Below, piece by piece: positions 19,401-29,342 of a DNA stretch of 64,000 nucleotides. This DNA is from a virus. Taxonomy: Duplodnaviria; Caudoviricetes. Where the stretch lies: positions 1 through 64,000 of the IMG/VR virus record IMGVR_UViG_2882253857_000001, one strand, 5' to 3'. Both the position numbers and the translations under genes were made by a program. Within the stretch, counting starts at the first letter, position 1; every line of letters starts with the position of its first letter. The notes under the pieces were generated by a model that was not told where the DNA came from, made no database searches, and saw only the letters and a list, made by a program, of their open reading frames with translations.

Positions 19401-21399
19401 CTTGATTCTGAGTCCCGTTGTAATAGGACCAAGCGAGAGTAACGCCGCCAATAATCGTAGCCAGTGCGGTTAGGGTCGCTCCTATTGGAGTAGCTACGAA
19501 TGCTTTTTGAGATAAATTGGCCGCATCAGTAGCCGTCTTCATCCCTAACATAGCCTTAGCTGCATTGGCAAGTCCTGTTACTAATGAAACAAGGCTATAC
19601 CCTGTAAATAGTTTTGTTCCTGTGTTAAGCGCTGTTATTGCTGCACCCAGCAAAAGAGCGCTAGTCATGGTGTTACGAATAGGATCTGGAAGGGAATTGA
19701 ATCCATCTACTAGAGTTGTTGCTGTTTGTGTTAGTGCCTTTAGGATATTTAATAATCCACTATCACCCATTGTCACAATCAATTCATCCCATGCAGCCTT
19801 GAGTTGTAACGATTGCTTTTCAAGAGTCGTCATAGCAAGGGCGTTTTCTCGTTGTGCTGATCCGAATGAGTTTTCTGATGTGACTGCTACATCCAAAGCC
19901 TTTGAGTAGTTATTCATTAGCGCGATAAATCGCGAAGCTTGGTCTCCACGAGCGACAGCTTGTGTAATTTCTGCACGCTCAACGTCAGTTAGTACGCTCC
20001 ACTTCTCTGCAATCTTGCCAAGAAGCTCAGGGAACTTCATCATTTCACCGTTAGCATGCTTCATTACGCCCACATATTTCTCAAGTTTATCAACTGCGAT
20101 ATCCCGGCTAGAGAAAGAAATGAACGATTTAATAGCATTGCCCGCAACTGATCCCGTGAATCCTGACTGGTTAAGGACTGTCAAGTAACCTATCAGAGTG
20201 TCAATATCTACCCCGGCATTTTTAGCAGCTGCGCCGACACGGTTAATCCCTTCAAGCAGCTTTTTAGATGTTGTCGGATAGTTATTAGATACCTCATTAA
20301 GCCTGTCCAGTAATCGTTCTGATTCCTCGGCTGCCATACCATAGTTAAGGACGGCTCCAGTCATCATTTCCTGCGCTTGTGCCGCGCTCTGGAATGATTG
20401 CTCTACGTTAGCTGCCATTAACGCCGTTTGGGCTAGAGATTCCGTCTGACGTTCGTCAAAACCCTGCTGAGCGATAAGAGTATATACTTCTGCTACCTCG
20501 GTTAAGGCGTAACCATACTCTTTAGCGTTAGAAATCATTGATTCTTTGACAAACTCAACGTCTGCCAAATCGCCCATGATCCGCTTGATATTTACCAGTT
20601 CGTACTCAAAATCTTTAAGTACAGAAATAGCTTCTGTTGCCCCTCGCATGACAGCATAGTACATAGTACCGGAGAGCATGTATTGAGATGACTTTTCCAG
20701 TACACTGGTCGGACTGAGCATTTTATTCATGCGCGCAGCGTGCCGCTCTTCTTCCATTTCAAGCTTACGGTTTCCATTGCTAATGAGTTGGAATTCTCGA
20801 TCAATCCGCGCCTGAATCAGATTCTCTTGTGCGCCAGCTCCCATTGTCTTTTGTTGCAATAGAGCCATCTTTTGTTGGTGTTGCTGCTCCTGCCGCTCGA
20901 TCTTTGCTTGACCTGATTTTAATGCCTGTTGCTCTTTTGTAAGCTTTGATTCGATAACTCGAACTGCTGCATCATTCTTGGTTTGTAGATTAAGCATGCG
21001 TTGCTGATGTTCGCGTTCTTGCTGTTCTATGCCTGCTTGCCTCTTTGCTACCAGAGCCTGTTGCGCCTGAAGCTTCGACTCAACAAGATTGTTCGTCTGG
21101 TCAAGCTGCTGCTTCTTGGCATTTAATAACTCAGCTTGAGCGGTTCTTTGTTTTACCAGAGCTTCTGATTCGGCAAGAATCTTTCTACGCCGTTCTTCAG
21201 AAGACAAGGCTATCTTATCCGCTGCACTCGCTAAAGCGGTGTAGTTCTTTTGAGTAATCGCAAGTTCTGAATTAAGAACCTTGAACGACTCTGCATTACC
21301 GCGCGCGCCCTCATCGATCGTCTTAAAAGATTGCAACATTTTAGATGTATCAAGGTTAATCCTGGCCCCGACAACATCTTTATTTAATTCATCCGCCAC
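16453..21399 (-). CDS. Tape measure protein
   Basis: 1648 aa, helical, TP901-like core, GG.V.G..G..VP..AH.GE near C-terminus. Confidence 0.95.
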   Translation of the reverse strand: MADELNKDVVGARINLDTSKMLQSFKTIDEGARGNAESFKVLNSELAITQKNYTALASAADKIALSSEERRRKILAESEALVKQRTAQAELLNAKKQQLDQTNNLVESKLQAQQALVAKRQAGIEQQEREHQQRMLNLQTKNDAAVRVIESKLTKEQQALKSGQAKIERQEQQHQQKMALLQQKTMGAGAQENLIQARIDREFQLISNGNRKLEMEEERHAARMNKMLSPTSVLEKSSQYMLSGTMYYAVMRGATEAISVLKDFEYELVNIKRIMGDLADVEFVKESMISNAKEYGYALTEVAEVYTLIAQQGFDERQTESLAQTALMAANVEQSFQSAAQAQEMMTGAVLNYGMAAEESERLLDRLNEVSNNYPTTSKKLLEGINRVGAAAKNAGVDIDTLIGYLTVLNQSGFTGSVAGNAIKSFISFSSRDIAVDKLEKYVGVMKHANGEMMKFPELLGKIAEKWSVLTDVERAEITQAVARGDQASRFIALMNNYSKALDVAVTSENSFGSAQRENALAMTTLEKQSLQLKAAWDELIVTMGDSGLLNILKALTQTATTLVDGFNSLPDPIRNTMTSALLLGAAITALNTGTKLFTGYSLVSLVTGLANAAKAMLGMKTATDAANLSQKAFVATPIGATLTALATIIGGVTLAWSYYNGTQNQAIDTTKQNERDAYALTEKYKELKSIVDDNTKSSNEVKKAKEELTAVIEKLSKIMPEMVTQWDEDGKAMEINAEKMSSFSEEYKNALKVIEEKRLSDLVVDREKLQKELDYLKGKIDGTIGLFDFHGLLKGIEGIFKNDLYVDFDPNNNTEEFSRKLVDVSEKLQQLDSQIQSSQDSLDMLNGKTASAADSTDNLAGSMDDYEDSLDDATDAQDEQYQSTDDLIKAHENLESQIQGNSKAISELNSVSKDLAEGQSLNAANAADLINKYPQLADAIYKTADGWKFEEGAVDALRKAKIQKAIDELEAEKNSAFNVKAATDERLKAYGIEAKAIKSLADLKSNLYGVKAAVGAGNDLMSMFVPGYSSQLIKQTMANDFDAIYNDFEKEMNMYDEKIKALSGMYEDKNFGVSSSKSGGSKDKSKSKSKKDDPLQKQFDASQKYIEHQKAIGRMNTQQELLAWERVQARYKAGSEQRLKADEKVYALRKQLAEEIAKKEKEAYDASMKWISHQKGIREVSAEEELKMLLRVQARYKEGTEERMKLDEQVYAAKKAVEQEYFSEFTKRLNHQKAMEQISTEDEIKAWEKIQEMYREGTDQRMQADEQIYALRKKLLQDEQQSVTVTAKTITTKIESVRNEAVKAIEAERDAFLAAQDAKIEAIDAQIEAMGRIYVEEDYERKLAEKKARLEKLQSAVGPDGIKEREEIQKEIEEMQREHERYLAKQSLEDQKQALQDEKKQKEKDYNDQIQAANDHYRELSSAFDTFSSEIEFKAEDLKQIQIMKESEKNAEILAQLDQFIADYQAKMNRINSLSAPSPSGSLESGLSEEEQDLIRYNNNIDKWHNEKASKEEKMAAHAENESLRKKYGLEKDPGKKLQHFSTGGVVQGVRGQEVPVIAHAGEAFLNEKQQSNLFKLLNFKMPSLNFTMPSFTLPAVSGGSNPQINHNYFTVNSGDTYIEDESTARAYWSERDSFVRRMQARGGGKG

Positions 21400-21415
21400 A
21401 TGGTCACCTTCTTGC

Positions 21416-21433
21416 TAAGGAAAATTTTCCTGA
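21416..21433. repeat. Palindromic site TAAGGAAAATTTTCCTGA (parS-like copy 2)
   Basis: 1 mismatch; intergenic upstream of TMP. Confidence 0.8.
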
Positions 21434-21470
21434 CCTGAAAACATAAAAAAAGCCCACTCCGAGGAATGGG

Positions 21471-21749
21471 CTATCTGAAGATTCCCAAATCCGAGAGGAA
21501 CTTGGCTTTCTTCGGTTTCTTATTTATTTCTCCGCCATGCAAAATAACTTCAAGTTCATTCTGCTGCTTCTTGATCTTGGACAAGGCTCTGATCTTAGGT
21601 ATTGTCATGTTCTCCCATTGGTCATCGGGAACACCCATGCTTATGCATAAAGCCCATAACTCCATCCAATCGGTTGAGTTTCCCTTATCCTGATCATCAT
21701 CGTCTTCGTCCTCCTCATCATCCGAAGGAGGGAACGACTCATTATAGAA
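21471..21749 (-). CDS. Tail assembly chaperone C-terminal extension (frameshift product)
   Basis: Frame open from the last codons of the upstream gene through an acidic linker into WMELWALC... Confidence 0.65.
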   Translation of the reverse strand, partial: FYNESFPPSDDEEDEDDDDQDKGNSTDWMELWALCISMGVPDDQWENMTIPKIRALSKIKKQQNELEVILHGGEINKKPKKAKFLSDLGIFR

Positions 21750-22089
21750 ATCGGGTCAGTAGTTCATCCAATTCTTTCAAGCCGTTTTCATCGACATTCT
21801 CATACTCTTCTTCTGTCAGGCCTTCAACTAACACGAGATTAAATGCTTCTTTGTATGCGGCTTCGACCGCCGGAAAATCAATCTCTGGTCGTGTGTCAGT
21901 AGCTGGCATTTTGTCACGACCAATTGAAAAGGAGAATTTGTATTCCTTCCCTTTCATGATCTGCCTAACTTTACGAATCATTCCAATGGTTCCGATCCTC
22001 ACATGCTTAACAATGCCTTCTCCTAGAGTAATTTCAGATCCTATATTCAACGTTTGATCCAAAGATTGTTCGTCTTTAACTTCGCTCAT
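21742..22089 (-). CDS. Tail assembly chaperone
   Basis: Between major tail and TMP; ends CGA TTT CTA TAA. Confidence 0.75.
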   Translation of the reverse strand: MSEVKDEQSLDQTLNIGSEITLGEGIVKHVRIGTIGMIRKVRQIMKGKEYKFSFSIGRDKMPATDTRPEIDFPAVEAAYKEAFNLVLVEGLTEEEYENVDENGLKELDELLTRFL

Positions 22090-22148
22090 CGTGATTCCTC
22101 CTTAAAGTGAGAAAGCCCCTTGTCCAAAGACAAGAGGCCTTATATTTG

Positions 22149-22934
22149 TTACATAGAGAAAATGATTTCTGCTGCGTATCCGTTTGGGTTATCTGGAGTA
22201 ACATCTGGTTCCAACACTTCCAACGCCAGTGTGCTTGTAGAAGGTGTTTTTCTTGTAGCTCCGACATTGAGAGTTCCGCCGCCGATAGCCTTGTAAACAG
22301 TCAACTGCACCTGGACAGGCTCACCAGTTCTATCATTGGTCAACTCAAAACGGTGGATGAACTTGAACGGCTTAGGCTTACGAGTGCCCTTGAATCCGTT
22401 TCTCGTACCTTTATCCTTTTTCCATTTATAAACTACGATGATATTGCTATCATCATTAGCAGTATCGGAAGTAATCTTTCCGTCTGCTGTAATGGTGTAT
22501 TGATCCTTTGTCGGTGTCACCGCAGCTCTCTCCAGTTTCGTCAATTTCCCTTCTGGAGATTTCATGTAAACTTCCTCGCTACCATCCACGAACGTCCCAT
22601 TAAACTTTTCTGGAGCTTTAATCTGGTATCCAGAGGAAGTTAGGATTCCTTCCTCATTCTCATCAAATGTGACTTCTCCTTCTTCTGTTGCCGCGCCTTG
22701 GGACAATTCCGCAAGTAATGGGGAATAACGCGGAACCTCGATACTTAGCGTGTCAGCCAAGTCTTGGGCCGTCAGGTGAAACGCATATCCAGACTCGCCG
22801 CCGAATACCTTTTCCCATGCAAATTGTGGCGCAAACATAACGCTGTTAATCTTCTCGTCAATATACTTCAACGTTCCGTCGAGTTCTCTCGTCCAGATCT
22901 TCCCGACTCCATCAAATACCAATGGTTCTGACAT
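22149..22934 (-). CDS. Major tail tube protein
   Basis: Position, 261 aa, beta-rich, followed by terminator hairpin. Confidence 0.75.
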   Translation of the reverse strand: MSEPLVFDGVGKIWTRELDGTLKYIDEKINSVMFAPQFAWEKVFGGESGYAFHLTAQDLADTLSIEVPRYSPLLAELSQGAATEEGEVTFDENEEGILTSSGYQIKAPEKFNGTFVDGSEEVYMKSPEGKLTKLERAAVTPTKDQYTITADGKITSDTANDDSNIIVVYKWKKDKGTRNGFKGTRKPKPFKFIHRFELTNDRTGEPVQVQLTVYKAIGGGTLNVGATRKTPSTSTLALEVLEPDVTPDNPNGYAAEIIFSM

Positions 22935-22978
22935 AATAATTTATCCCTCCTTAGGTAATAAAAAAGAACCTGTGAATA

Positions 22979-23179
22979 TCACTTCACAAGCTCCCATAAT
23001 TGCTTATCGATTACCTGAATACGTTTGTATTCCTCGGTTTCTTTGTAGCCTTTAATCGGCTCCAAATCGCCCATAATGCCAAGCTTTTTAGATAAGGTGA
23101 TCTTCTCGTTAATTAATCTTTCAAGTTCAGTAGGCTCCTTCTTATCCCGGACTTGCTTAGCTTCACCCACCATATTCAC
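22979..23179 (-). CDS. Hypothetical phage protein
   Basis: Small ORF in morphogenesis operon. Confidence 0.55.
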   Translation of the reverse strand: MNMVGEAKQVRDKKEPTELERLINEKITLSKKLGIMGDLEPIKGYKETEEYKRIQVIDKQLWELVK

Positions 23180-23185
23180 CTACTT

Positions 23186-23620
23186 TCAATTTATTCTGTG
23201 GTAATTTACATCAAAGATGCTTTCATACCCCTTTACGCCAGAGATTCCAGTTGCAAAATAATCAGCATAAGCCAAAAAGCAACGAGACGACATGAAGTTC
23301 TTGTCCCGGATATGCTTATCATGGAACAATTCGAATACTCTATCTGCAATCTGTTTAGCCTGATTACTGTTTTTACCGTAGATGTCGAGAATGAATTTAC
23401 CTTCATAAACAAGATAGTTACGACTAAAACGACCCGGCTTAAGGTATATCAGCATCATAGGTACATCCTGACTTGTTATGGCCTTGTCCGGTTCTATGCC
23501 TTTAACCATCCGTCTCACAATACTTTCCGAAGGCGAAGATGGAGTCAGCCCAAAGAACGCCATGAATTGCTCATCGCGCTTTAATGTATTGTATATAGCA
23601 TCAATAAGCTTGTCTCCCAT
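23186..23620 (-). CDS. Putative tail terminator protein
   Basis: IY..LK.D..F...F.LDIY...A..IA.RV..L; position. Confidence 0.7.
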   Translation of the reverse strand: MGDKLIDAIYNTLKRDEQFMAFFGLTPSSPSESIVRRMVKGIEPDKAITSQDVPMMLIYLKPGRFSRNYLVYEGKFILDIYGKNSNQAKQIADRVFELFHDKHIRDKNFMSSRCFLAYADYFATGISGVKGYESIFDVNYHRIN

Positions 23621-23624
23621 CAGA

Positions 23625-24197
23625 TCACCTCTGAATAAAGTATTTGTGATACGGAAAATTAGTTATGACTTGGCTGATCCCCTCAAGGATTCTGTTCCTG
23701 TTCGATTGCAAGGCAATTCTTAGAAAGAATGTAGGTGGAGTTGGTCCATAGCTCGGATCAATATCCCCACGTGCTGCCAGTTCTTCCAAGTCTACTCCGA
23801 TATAGGAACCACCTGAGCGGCGAACCTCTCCGTCAATGCCTTTGTATGTTCCTTGCGGACGACCGACAACCACCCTCGATCCTTTTGACCGGACACGGTT
23901 CCAATACTCACTATTCATGTAAGTAATCAATCCAGGGTTCTCACTCGGACCTGCCATCAATGACCCTTTACCAAACTGTTCTAACCATGCTTGCCAGTAA
24001 TCCGCTGTTATTTCTCCTTCGATCATTCGATTCGCAAGGTTGGTCAGTTCCATCTTCAAGTGATTCCTGACCTCTGGATAATAGCGTATATTGCTTTTAG
24101 CTGTAAGCATGACCAATTTGGTAAGTCCTGCAACCTCTACCGTTAAACTCCTTTGCAAATCATAGGCTGCCCTCTCTGCATCGTATCCGGCAATCAT
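23625..24197 (-). CDS. Putative tail completion/neck protein
   Basis: A.LE.FG.G...P..FLR.AL. Confidence 0.65.
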   Translation of the reverse strand: MIAGYDAERAAYDLQRSLTVEVAGLTKLVMLTAKSNIRYYPEVRNHLKMELTNLANRMIEGEITADYWQAWLEQFGKGSLMAGPSENPGLITYMNSEYWNRVRSKGSRVVVGRPQGTYKGIDGEVRRSGGSYIGVDLEELAARGDIDPSYGPTPPTFFLRIALQSNRNRILEGISQVITNFPYHKYFIQR

Positions 24198-24766
24198 CGC
24201 ATATCATCCGATAGTTGGACATGCAACAGATTTGGATACTTCAGATCGTCAACATCATCAACCTGATATGGGCGGCCATTCAGAAATACGCGATCTGGAG
24301 ATTGTAACTCTTGATCTTGTGGCCGCTTTACATCAACAGATGTTTGCAAGATAAGAATGTGAGTTGTAGTTGATAGAAGCCCAGGATCTTCAAGTCGAAG
24401 CTTTGCCGTCACGAATTGAGCAAACCCGTTCACCGTTTGAACAGTGATAAAGTCAGGATCTCCCTTCGGGTTGTCGTTATCGTCATACTCTTGTTTGTAG
24501 CGTTGTATTTCGGCCGTGACGTTCGTTTTGAGTAAGGAGCAATACTTATCCTTCTCCGTAGTCAAACGCATCGTCTGAACCAAATAGAGGCCGTCTGCTT
24601 CAATGTATGAGCCAGCAGTAACATCCGAAGTTGGAGCAAACAGGCCGTTGTATAGATATTCCTTGCCTATAATCGTTGTTGCTTTAGTTTCCCTCGACAA
24701 GATAACGACATCTTGATTCCCATCCACTGTACACGGCGTATGACGATGCGAGAAATCATAAAACAT
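24194..24766 (-). CDS. Putative head-closure protein
   Basis: DR...NG..YQVD.VD; position. Confidence 0.65.
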   Translation of the reverse strand: MFYDFSHRHTPCTVDGNQDVVILSRETKATTIIGKEYLYNGLFAPTSDVTAGSYIEADGLYLVQTMRLTTEKDKYCSLLKTNVTAEIQRYKQEYDDNDNPKGDPDFITVQTVNGFAQFVTAKLRLEDPGLLSTTTHILILQTSVDVKRPQDQELQSPDRVFLNGRPYQVDDVDDLKYPNLLHVQLSDDMR

Positions 24767-24774
24767 CTGATCAC

Positions 24775-25338
24775 CTACCTAAATGACCGTATCTTATATT
24801 CTGATAACAGATCGGCAATTTCGGGATTGACCATTCCACTACCGAAGTATTCAATGCTAAAATCAAAGTCCTTCTTCGCTTTAACATTACAGTTTGGATT
24901 TGAAGCAACTTGACCAACAAGCAACCCACAAGCTACCTTTACCTTTTCAGGTATCGGGTCCCAGCCACTTGAATAGGTAACCTCCAACTCTGTATACGGT
25001 GAGCCGAATAGATTGCCTCCGCACATGACTGTTCCAATTCGCCTGTCAATATCAACATAATTAGGATCAACAGTTTCGAATTCTGAAACGCCAAAGAAGT
25101 TATCTCCTGTCCATCCGTATGCCGCTCTCCCCTTGACTTCTTCGACATTCATCACAGGATAATAGGATAGATGACCCCTGCCGTTTGTTAACGGAATGCG
25201 TTCGGTATATGTTGACAATGAGATTGATCGTTTACAGTATCCATCTATAATGGCGGATGCCCGAAGTATTAAGCTTTCTGTCGGAACTGTGCCGGTAGGA
25301 AAATAGTCGGTATCATCAACCGTTAGATACTTGCTCAT
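24775..25338 (-). CDS. Head-tail adaptor
   Basis: YLT...AS..ID.YC.R...V.Y.SG..P.P..VK.AC...LL..Y. Confidence 0.75.
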   Translation of the reverse strand: MSKYLTVDDTDYFPTGTVPTESLILRASAIIDGYCKRSISLSTYTERIPLTNGRGHLSYYPVMNVEEVKGRAAYGWTGDNFFGVSEFETVDPNYVDIDRRIGTVMCGGNLFGSPYTELEVTYSSGWDPIPEKVKVACGLLVGQVASNPNCNVKAKKDFDFSIEYFGSGMVNPEIADLLSEYKIRSFR

Positions 25339-25790
25339 TCAATGTATCCAGCTTTCTGCAAATCTTCGGCCAACTCAGGAGTAACGTCAGATCTTCCATC
25401 GACAAAGCTCACGATTCTATTTTTCAAGTGAATCGAATGAGTCCCTTTTCGTCCTTCATGCCAGCCTTTCAGGATAACGCCTTTTAATTCAAGATTTTGA
25501 TTATCAGCAACCACTTTATTCTGTCGTTGTTCTCGTTCTTTCGAGTCTTGTATTGCCGAATCTTTGAACGCCTTTACAGACGATACCAAACTGGCAAGCG
25601 CTTCTTCGTAAACCGACGGTTCACTATCCTTCACTTTCGAAACTGTGTCAGCTGCCCCAATTGCAGAAGTGAATTCATCGAATGACTCTTTGGTAAATTG
25701 ACCAATCTCTTCACCAATCGCCGATTCGCTTTTGATCTTGTTAGCGGCTTCTATGGCTTCTAGCAGCTTATCAAACTTTGACTTAGCCAT
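25335..25790 (-). CDS. Hypothetical protein with FIVAR-like helical segment
   Basis: ATG 25790 with GGAGG; L..AI..A...G...GQF..ES...F..AI..A. Confidence 0.55.
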   Translation of the reverse strand: MAKSKFDKLLEAIEAANKIKSESAIGEEIGQFTKESFDEFTSAIGAADTVSKVKDSEPSVYEEALASLVSSVKAFKDSAIQDSKEREQRQNKVVADNQNLELKGVILKGWHEGRKGTHSIHLKNRIVSFVDGRSDVTPELAEDLQKAGYIE

Positions 25791-25851
25791 TGATACTCCC
25801 TCCCTCACAAAATAGAATAGGCGACCGCGTAGGCCGCCATTTAATCGATTA

Positions 25852-26850
25852 TTAGCCAATTTTAGCTATAGTAGGACGAATAATCTTGCCGTATGCATGA
25901 GCATATGAGGCTCCTTTAGCAACCGGAGCGCCGTATTTGATACCAATGTATTTCATTTGAAGGTCTGATACCGTTCCAAGTTCAAACAGGAAAGCATCTT
26001 TACGACCAACGTAGTGATACTCAATCATCGGCTCTGTTACAATTGCAATACCATAGTCTGTCATTGTATTGTCTGTAGAGTTTGCCTCAGATAAAATGAA
26101 CGGTTCTGGAATAATAGGTAGAATGCCAGCAGAAGTCATTACAGCTCTTACTTCCAAACCAGCAACCGTAGTTTTTGTAAGTCCAGCAATTTGAGTGTTA
26201 TTGTTTGCCGCCTCGCGCTCTTCCTCTTCGAGGTAGTAGTGACCGATTGGGTCGATGTAAATAGCTGTAGGTCGAAGTTCGAATTTCTCTGAAGCAACCA
26301 TCGCGGCAACTTTTGCGCGTATACCTGCAACAATAGAACCATCTGGAGCGATTTCAAATGTGTTCGTGATCTGTTTTGCGATTCCCACATATTGAAGAGT
26401 AGTCGGAGCTGCCAGACTCGTGTCAGTCCCCCTCCAAAGCGCCTTGCCGTGCGTCAGCGTAATAGCGTTGATCATATCGTTCAGATCCTTCGCCTTTAAC
26501 TCGGGGAAGTTGTTTTGCTGCCTAGCTAACTCCAAATCATAGTGACCAAAATTTACTTGGTTAGTCAAAGCCTTTACTTTCAGAGACTTTGGAGAACGGT
26601 TATTACTTACTGCTGTAGCCGAAGGATTGCGAGGATCAACGAACTCGCCGCCATTAATTTCTGTTTGTTCGTAGTAAGTTGAGAAGTCGCCTGTAGCTGG
26701 AACATAGTTCAAGCGTCCATCCAAGATGGAATTACGGCGCAAAGCGTCAGTGATTTCCTTTTGATAATCGTCAGTGATCAATGCACCAGGGGCTACGATC
26801 TGAGCCGCTGCCGCGATATCTACCCAAGTTGTTGAAGATACTCTACTCAT
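25852..26850 (-). CDS. Major capsid protein
   Basis: 332 aa after protease/scaffold; followed by hairpin. Confidence 0.85.
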   Translation of the reverse strand: MSRVSSTTWVDIAAAAQIVAPGALITDDYQKEITDALRRNSILDGRLNYVPATGDFSTYYEQTEINGGEFVDPRNPSATAVSNNRSPKSLKVKALTNQVNFGHYDLELARQQNNFPELKAKDLNDMINAITLTHGKALWRGTDTSLAAPTTLQYVGIAKQITNTFEIAPDGSIVAGIRAKVAAMVASEKFELRPTAIYIDPIGHYYLEEEEREAANNNTQIAGLTKTTVAGLEVRAVMTSAGILPIIPEPFILSEANSTDNTMTDYGIAIVTEPMIEYHYVGRKDAFLFELGTVSDLQMKYIGIKYGAPVAKGASYAHAYGKIIRPTIAKIG

Positions 26851-26906
26851 GCGTTTACACGCTCCTTATTAATTTTTGGCAATAAAAAAGCAGCAATCCG
26901 AATGGA

Positions 26907-27941
26907 TTACTGCTGTTGTTGAGTCAACTCTTTATGTTTGATTTTTAGTGTCATGGACTGCACAGAATCAAGTCCCATCTTATCGACTGCCGCACAGAAC
27001 GAAGCGTGATCATTACCTTCACCATCATCCAGCTCCTTGCCATACTTCGCAAGAAGTTGAGCTGCCGTAGCAGTCTTTCGTTCCGGCTCAGCTGGTGGCG
27101 TTCCTTTAGCTTTCAAATCAGCAATCTCTTTCTTAAGCCTTTCAGCTTCATCTTTAGCAGCTTGAAGTTCAGCGGCAGCCTGTTCCTCTTCCGTTTTCTT
27201 GTCTTCGGCTTCCTTAGCTGCCTTCACACTTTCAAGATCGGTTTTGATTTCCCCGACTTCAGTCTTTACCTCACCGATTGCTTTATCAAAGCTTGCCGAA
27301 ATATCGGACTTAAATCCTTCAAGAATTTCTTTCAGTTCTTTTGGGTCCAAATCGGACACCTCCCCATTTGTTTTATGATTCTTTGCAGCAAATGTCGTTG
27401 ATTTGAATGCAGCTGAATCAGCGAATAATATTGCTGCTCCAGTTCCACAGAATTCAATAACATCCAGAACATTATCATCATCTTCCGCATTTTTAACGGA
27501 TGCTGTCATTTCAAGCGAAGCACCAAACTGATATTCAGTCCATCCGTACTCTTCCACTAATCCGTTATAGTAGCGAATCGTCGCGATTACGTCCGGGAAG
27601 TCCTTTCCATAGACATAACCATCTACCCATGCATAACCATCAATTGAGCGGTATGCCTTCTCGATCACGGCCACTTTAAACCGTGGATCGTGGTCTGTCA
27701 TACCATTAACGTAGTCGATATTAAATGCCATCCCAACGAATGTTTGAAGGTATTGATCGCATACGCTTGAACTGATGCGGATCTTCTTACCATTCGCTCC
27801 CATTGGTGAGCCATCGCTTGGCTGATCAACGGCGAATAGAGCGCACTTGAAAGGAACCTTATTGGGATGTTCGCTAGCATCCGCTAACTGAAAGCTTTTT
27901 ACCTTAAGCTTCTCTGTACTCATTTTCAGCGTCTTAAGCAA
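26907..27941 (-). CDS. Prohead protease/scaffold fusion
   Basis: H and G.S.E protease-like motifs; charged coiled-coil C-terminus. Confidence 0.75.
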   Translation of the reverse strand: MLKTLKMSTEKLKVKSFQLADASEHPNKVPFKCALFAVDQPSDGSPMGANGKKIRISSSVCDQYLQTFVGMAFNIDYVNGMTDHDPRFKVAVIEKAYRSIDGYAWVDGYVYGKDFPDVIATIRYYNGLVEEYGWTEYQFGASLEMTASVKNAEDDDNVLDVIEFCGTGAAILFADSAAFKSTTFAAKNHKTNGEVSDLDPKELKEILEGFKSDISASFDKAIGEVKTEVGEIKTDLESVKAAKEAEDKKTEEEQAAAELQAAKDEAERLKKEIADLKAKGTPPAEPERKTATAAQLLAKYGKELDDGEGNDHASFCAAVDKMGLDSVQSMTLKIKHKELTQQQQ

Positions 27942-27979
27942 TTTGTCTCACCTCCTTTCAAGGCAAAATAAAAACACCG

Positions 27980-29290
27980 TTATTCATCGGTGTTAGGTTC
28001 GTCAATATTCGGTTCAACAGGATCGTCTGGCGGCTTTCCCTCTGCTGGTTCATTAATGTTAATGACTGCTGTTTTACCAGGCATCAGCAGGACTTCACCA
28101 TGTTTATTAGGAAGCTCTTTCATTGCCTTGCCGTCTCTTACCTCATCAGGAGTGACAACACGTCTATCAAGGTAAATGGCATCAATATCAGCCTTAAGCT
28201 TCTGATGTTTAAGAGATGTCTCGTAATGAAATTTAAATTCCACGGCTCCGCCTAGATGAAATATTCCATCTATGATGTGGTTATTAATATGTTCAACGAT
28301 GTTTTCAGCGATGGATTGGATTGTGTCGTCGGTATCGTCATCCTCACTGTCTGCTGTACTACGGTTAACATCTTTGGTCTGACCCAGTTTCTTCGGCGAG
28401 ATATCAAACGCTATAGCTACAATCTCGATTAAGAATCTCTGCCATTCTATGAATAACGCCTTGTCGTCGGTTGCTCCCAAGTCAAGAACAGAAGTTCCTT
28501 CGAAACCGCCTATAACAGGCATTTTACCTTGTCCCATTACTTCAGAAGTCCAGTATGAAATGAATGCTTTTACAGCTTCTTTATCTGCGCCTTTTCCGAG
28601 ATTAATTAACTTCTTGAGAAACGTATTCTTTGCCTGTTTACCTGCCGCACGGTGAGATTCAATGAAGTTATTTACCGATTCCCAAACCGTTTCTAGCGGC
28701 GCAAGTCCAAAAGGTGTGTTTGTTCTCGGATTCATTCGGATATACATCATTTCAGAAGCTTTTAATGAGACATGTTTGCCATTAACGCGCTGTGCATAAC
28801 GGTATGAATCTGGTTTCCCATCCCAATCTGGGTACAAATCAATTGAGAAGCTATCTGTCGGATACATCCTGAATGGTCTCTGCGGATCTCCAGCCTTAAG
28901 GATCTCTGACGACCCAGCGCTGCAAACAAGCATATCTTCAACAATTTGTTCAAGCCACGTGCGAAATGAATCAGCTGGGTTAGGCTTAAGGAGTGACCTT
29001 TCAATAATCTTACATACTTCTTTGTATTTATCAGAGTCATTCTCATCAATTGCAGCTACTGACCAGTTAAGCTTTGTTATCCCGTTCTTAATGACGTTGA
29101 TCGCGCGACGAGGAATAGGTGATTCTGATAATAATCTAAGGTTAGCCGCAGTCCTCTTCGGTACAGGCTGATTATTGCCCTTGCTCATCATAATTCCGAA
29201 AGGAAAAGGAAAACTCTCTGTCTGCCGATCCGGTTCATTCTTAGTGCGTCCAGCTTCCAACCAATCTATTACCCATTGTCTTAAACCCAA
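27980..29290 (-). CDS. Portal protein
   Basis: FGL.PLE, IA.AF.ISP..LG, TPDEVR. Confidence 0.9.
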   Translation of the reverse strand: MGLRQWVIDWLEAGRTKNEPDRQTESFPFPFGIMMSKGNNQPVPKRTAANLRLLSESPIPRRAINVIKNGITKLNWSVAAIDENDSDKYKEVCKIIERSLLKPNPADSFRTWLEQIVEDMLVCSAGSSEILKAGDPQRPFRMYPTDSFSIDLYPDWDGKPDSYRYAQRVNGKHVSLKASEMMYIRMNPRTNTPFGLAPLETVWESVNNFIESHRAAGKQAKNTFLKKLINLGKGADKEAVKAFISYWTSEVMGQGKMPVIGGFEGTSVLDLGATDDKALFIEWQRFLIEIVAIAFDISPKKLGQTKDVNRSTADSEDDDTDDTIQSIAENIVEHINNHIIDGIFHLGGAVEFKFHYETSLKHQKLKADIDAIYLDRRVVTPDEVRDGKAMKELPNKHGEVLLMPGKTAVININEPAEGKPPDDPVEPNIDEPNTDE

Positions 29291-29326
29291 CTCATCCCCT
29301 CCTTCCCAGAAACATAAAAAAGAGGC

Positions 29327-29342
29327 TCAGGAAAATTCCTGA
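29327..29342. repeat. Shortened palindrome TCAGGAAAATTCCTGA inside a terminator hairpin
   Basis: 2-bp deletion variant of the dispersed site; hairpin followed by T run on minus. Confidence 0.5.

Noticed and set aside
25791-25866. +1 frameshift fusing the capsid to the downstream protein (frame is open)
   Set aside because: No convincing slippery site, a terminator-like hairpin intervenes, and the downstream gene has its own RBS
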